From NCBI GenBank assembly GCA_000434675.1, contig HF988640.1, forward strand, positions 29,937-93,936: a DNA stretch of 64,000 bases, read 5' to 3'. The notes under the pieces were generated by a model. The model made no database searches. It worked only from the letters and a program-made list of their open reading frames with translations, and was not told the DNA's origin. The position numbers were made by a program, and so were the translations under genes. How positions within the stretch are numbered: position 1 is the stretch's first letter; every line of letters begins with the position of its first letter. Below, in pieces: positions 63,674-64,000 of this stretch. This DNA is from Faecalibacterium sp. CAG:1138. Its GTDB lineage: Bacteria; Bacillota; Clostridia; Christensenellales; CAG-917.

Positions 63674-64000
63674 ATGAAAAGCGAAATAAGAGAGCCGCGA
63701 CAAAAACGCGCCATCGAAAAGAAAAACAAAATCATATCTTCCGGCTACAAGCTGTTTTCGGAAGTGGGATATCACAGCACCACGACTGCCGACATCGCGA
63801 AAGACGCCGGCGTTTCCACGGGCATAGTATACGGCTATTTCAGGGACAAACGGGACATTCTTCTGGACATTCTGGACATTTACATAGACGACACTTTCCG
63901 TCCTATATTCGAAATTTTCGACGAAGCGACGGTTGCGGACGCCAAAAAGCTTATGACCGACATAGTCGAAGGCGCGGTCAAAACCCATCAGCAAAACGCA
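63674..64000 (+). CDS. TetR/AcrR-family transcriptional regulator (3'-truncated by the window end)
   Basis: Not in the ORF track because there is no stop before the window end. ATG 63674 follows RBS GAGGT. Translates to 'MKSEIREPRQKRAIEKKNKIISSGYKLFSEVGYHSTTTADIAKDAGVSTGIVYGYFRDKRDIL', a canonical TetR N-terminal HTH. Confidence 0.85.
   Translation, partial: MKSEIREPRQKRAIEKKNKIISSGYKLFSEVGYHSTTTADIAKDAGVSTGIVYGYFRDKRDILLDILDIYIDDTFRPIFEIFDEATVADAKKLMTDIVEGAVKTHQQNA

Noticed and set aside
63620-63994. 124-aa minus-strand ORF at the window end.
   Set aside because: The opposite (+) frame from ATG 63674 encodes a textbook TetR N-terminal HTH with an RBS. The + ORF is missing from the ORF track only because it runs off the window.
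1-64000. Searched by eye for CRISPR arrays, IS elements or transposases, integrases or recombinases, restriction-modification, toxin-antitoxin or other recognisable defence cassettes, and rRNA genes.
   Set aside because: None were found. There are no regularly spaced repeats. No DDE, serine or tyrosine recombinase motifs appear in any ORF. The only short repeats are those listed: the 13-mer tandem, the tRNA 3' duplicate and the operator-like repeats.

Overview
This 64-kb chromosomal window looks like it comes from a Bacillota/Clostridia-type anaerobe. That origin is inferred from sigma-A-like promoters, GGAGG ribosome-binding sites, a [FeFe]-hydrogenase, DUF421/DUF4363 and a SpoVB/MurJ-like flippase. 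About 50 protein genes, 3 tRNAs and 2 riboswitches are supported.

The housekeeping backbone is uvrB-uvrA, leuS-serS, pepT, feoA-feoA-feoB, four ABC-transporter genes, an Fe-alcohol dehydrogenase, an FGGY sugar kinase and a hydrogenase/ferredoxin pair.

Between these sit unusually large, repeat-built envelope proteins:
- 2546-9461: three consecutive genes sharing a His/Cys-rich 'HWHxC...CxVCG' module.
- 20159-22207: an FN3-like repeat protein.
- 28099-32082: a 1327-aa lipoprotein with five CBM-like jelly-roll repeats.
- 44460-46760: a nucleotidase.
- 56024-60178: a 1384-aa double phosphoesterase.

No CRISPR array, IS element, integrase or recognisable defence or toxin system was seen.

The most unusual items are:
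1. A promoter-driven c-di-GMP-I riboswitch with its own terminator but no downstream gene, convergent on pepT.
2. The shared extracytoplasmic His/Cys module family next to a two-component system.
3. A one-nucleotide A-tract frame disruption exactly at the start of the giant phosphoesterase.
4. An AT-richer insert carrying a sigma-factor-like gene beside a start-less gene remnant.
5. A duplicated tRNA-Asn 3' end.
6. Two membrane-tethered wHTH paralogues translationally coupled to uvrBA.

All calls come from reading the sequence and ORF translations. No database searches were run.
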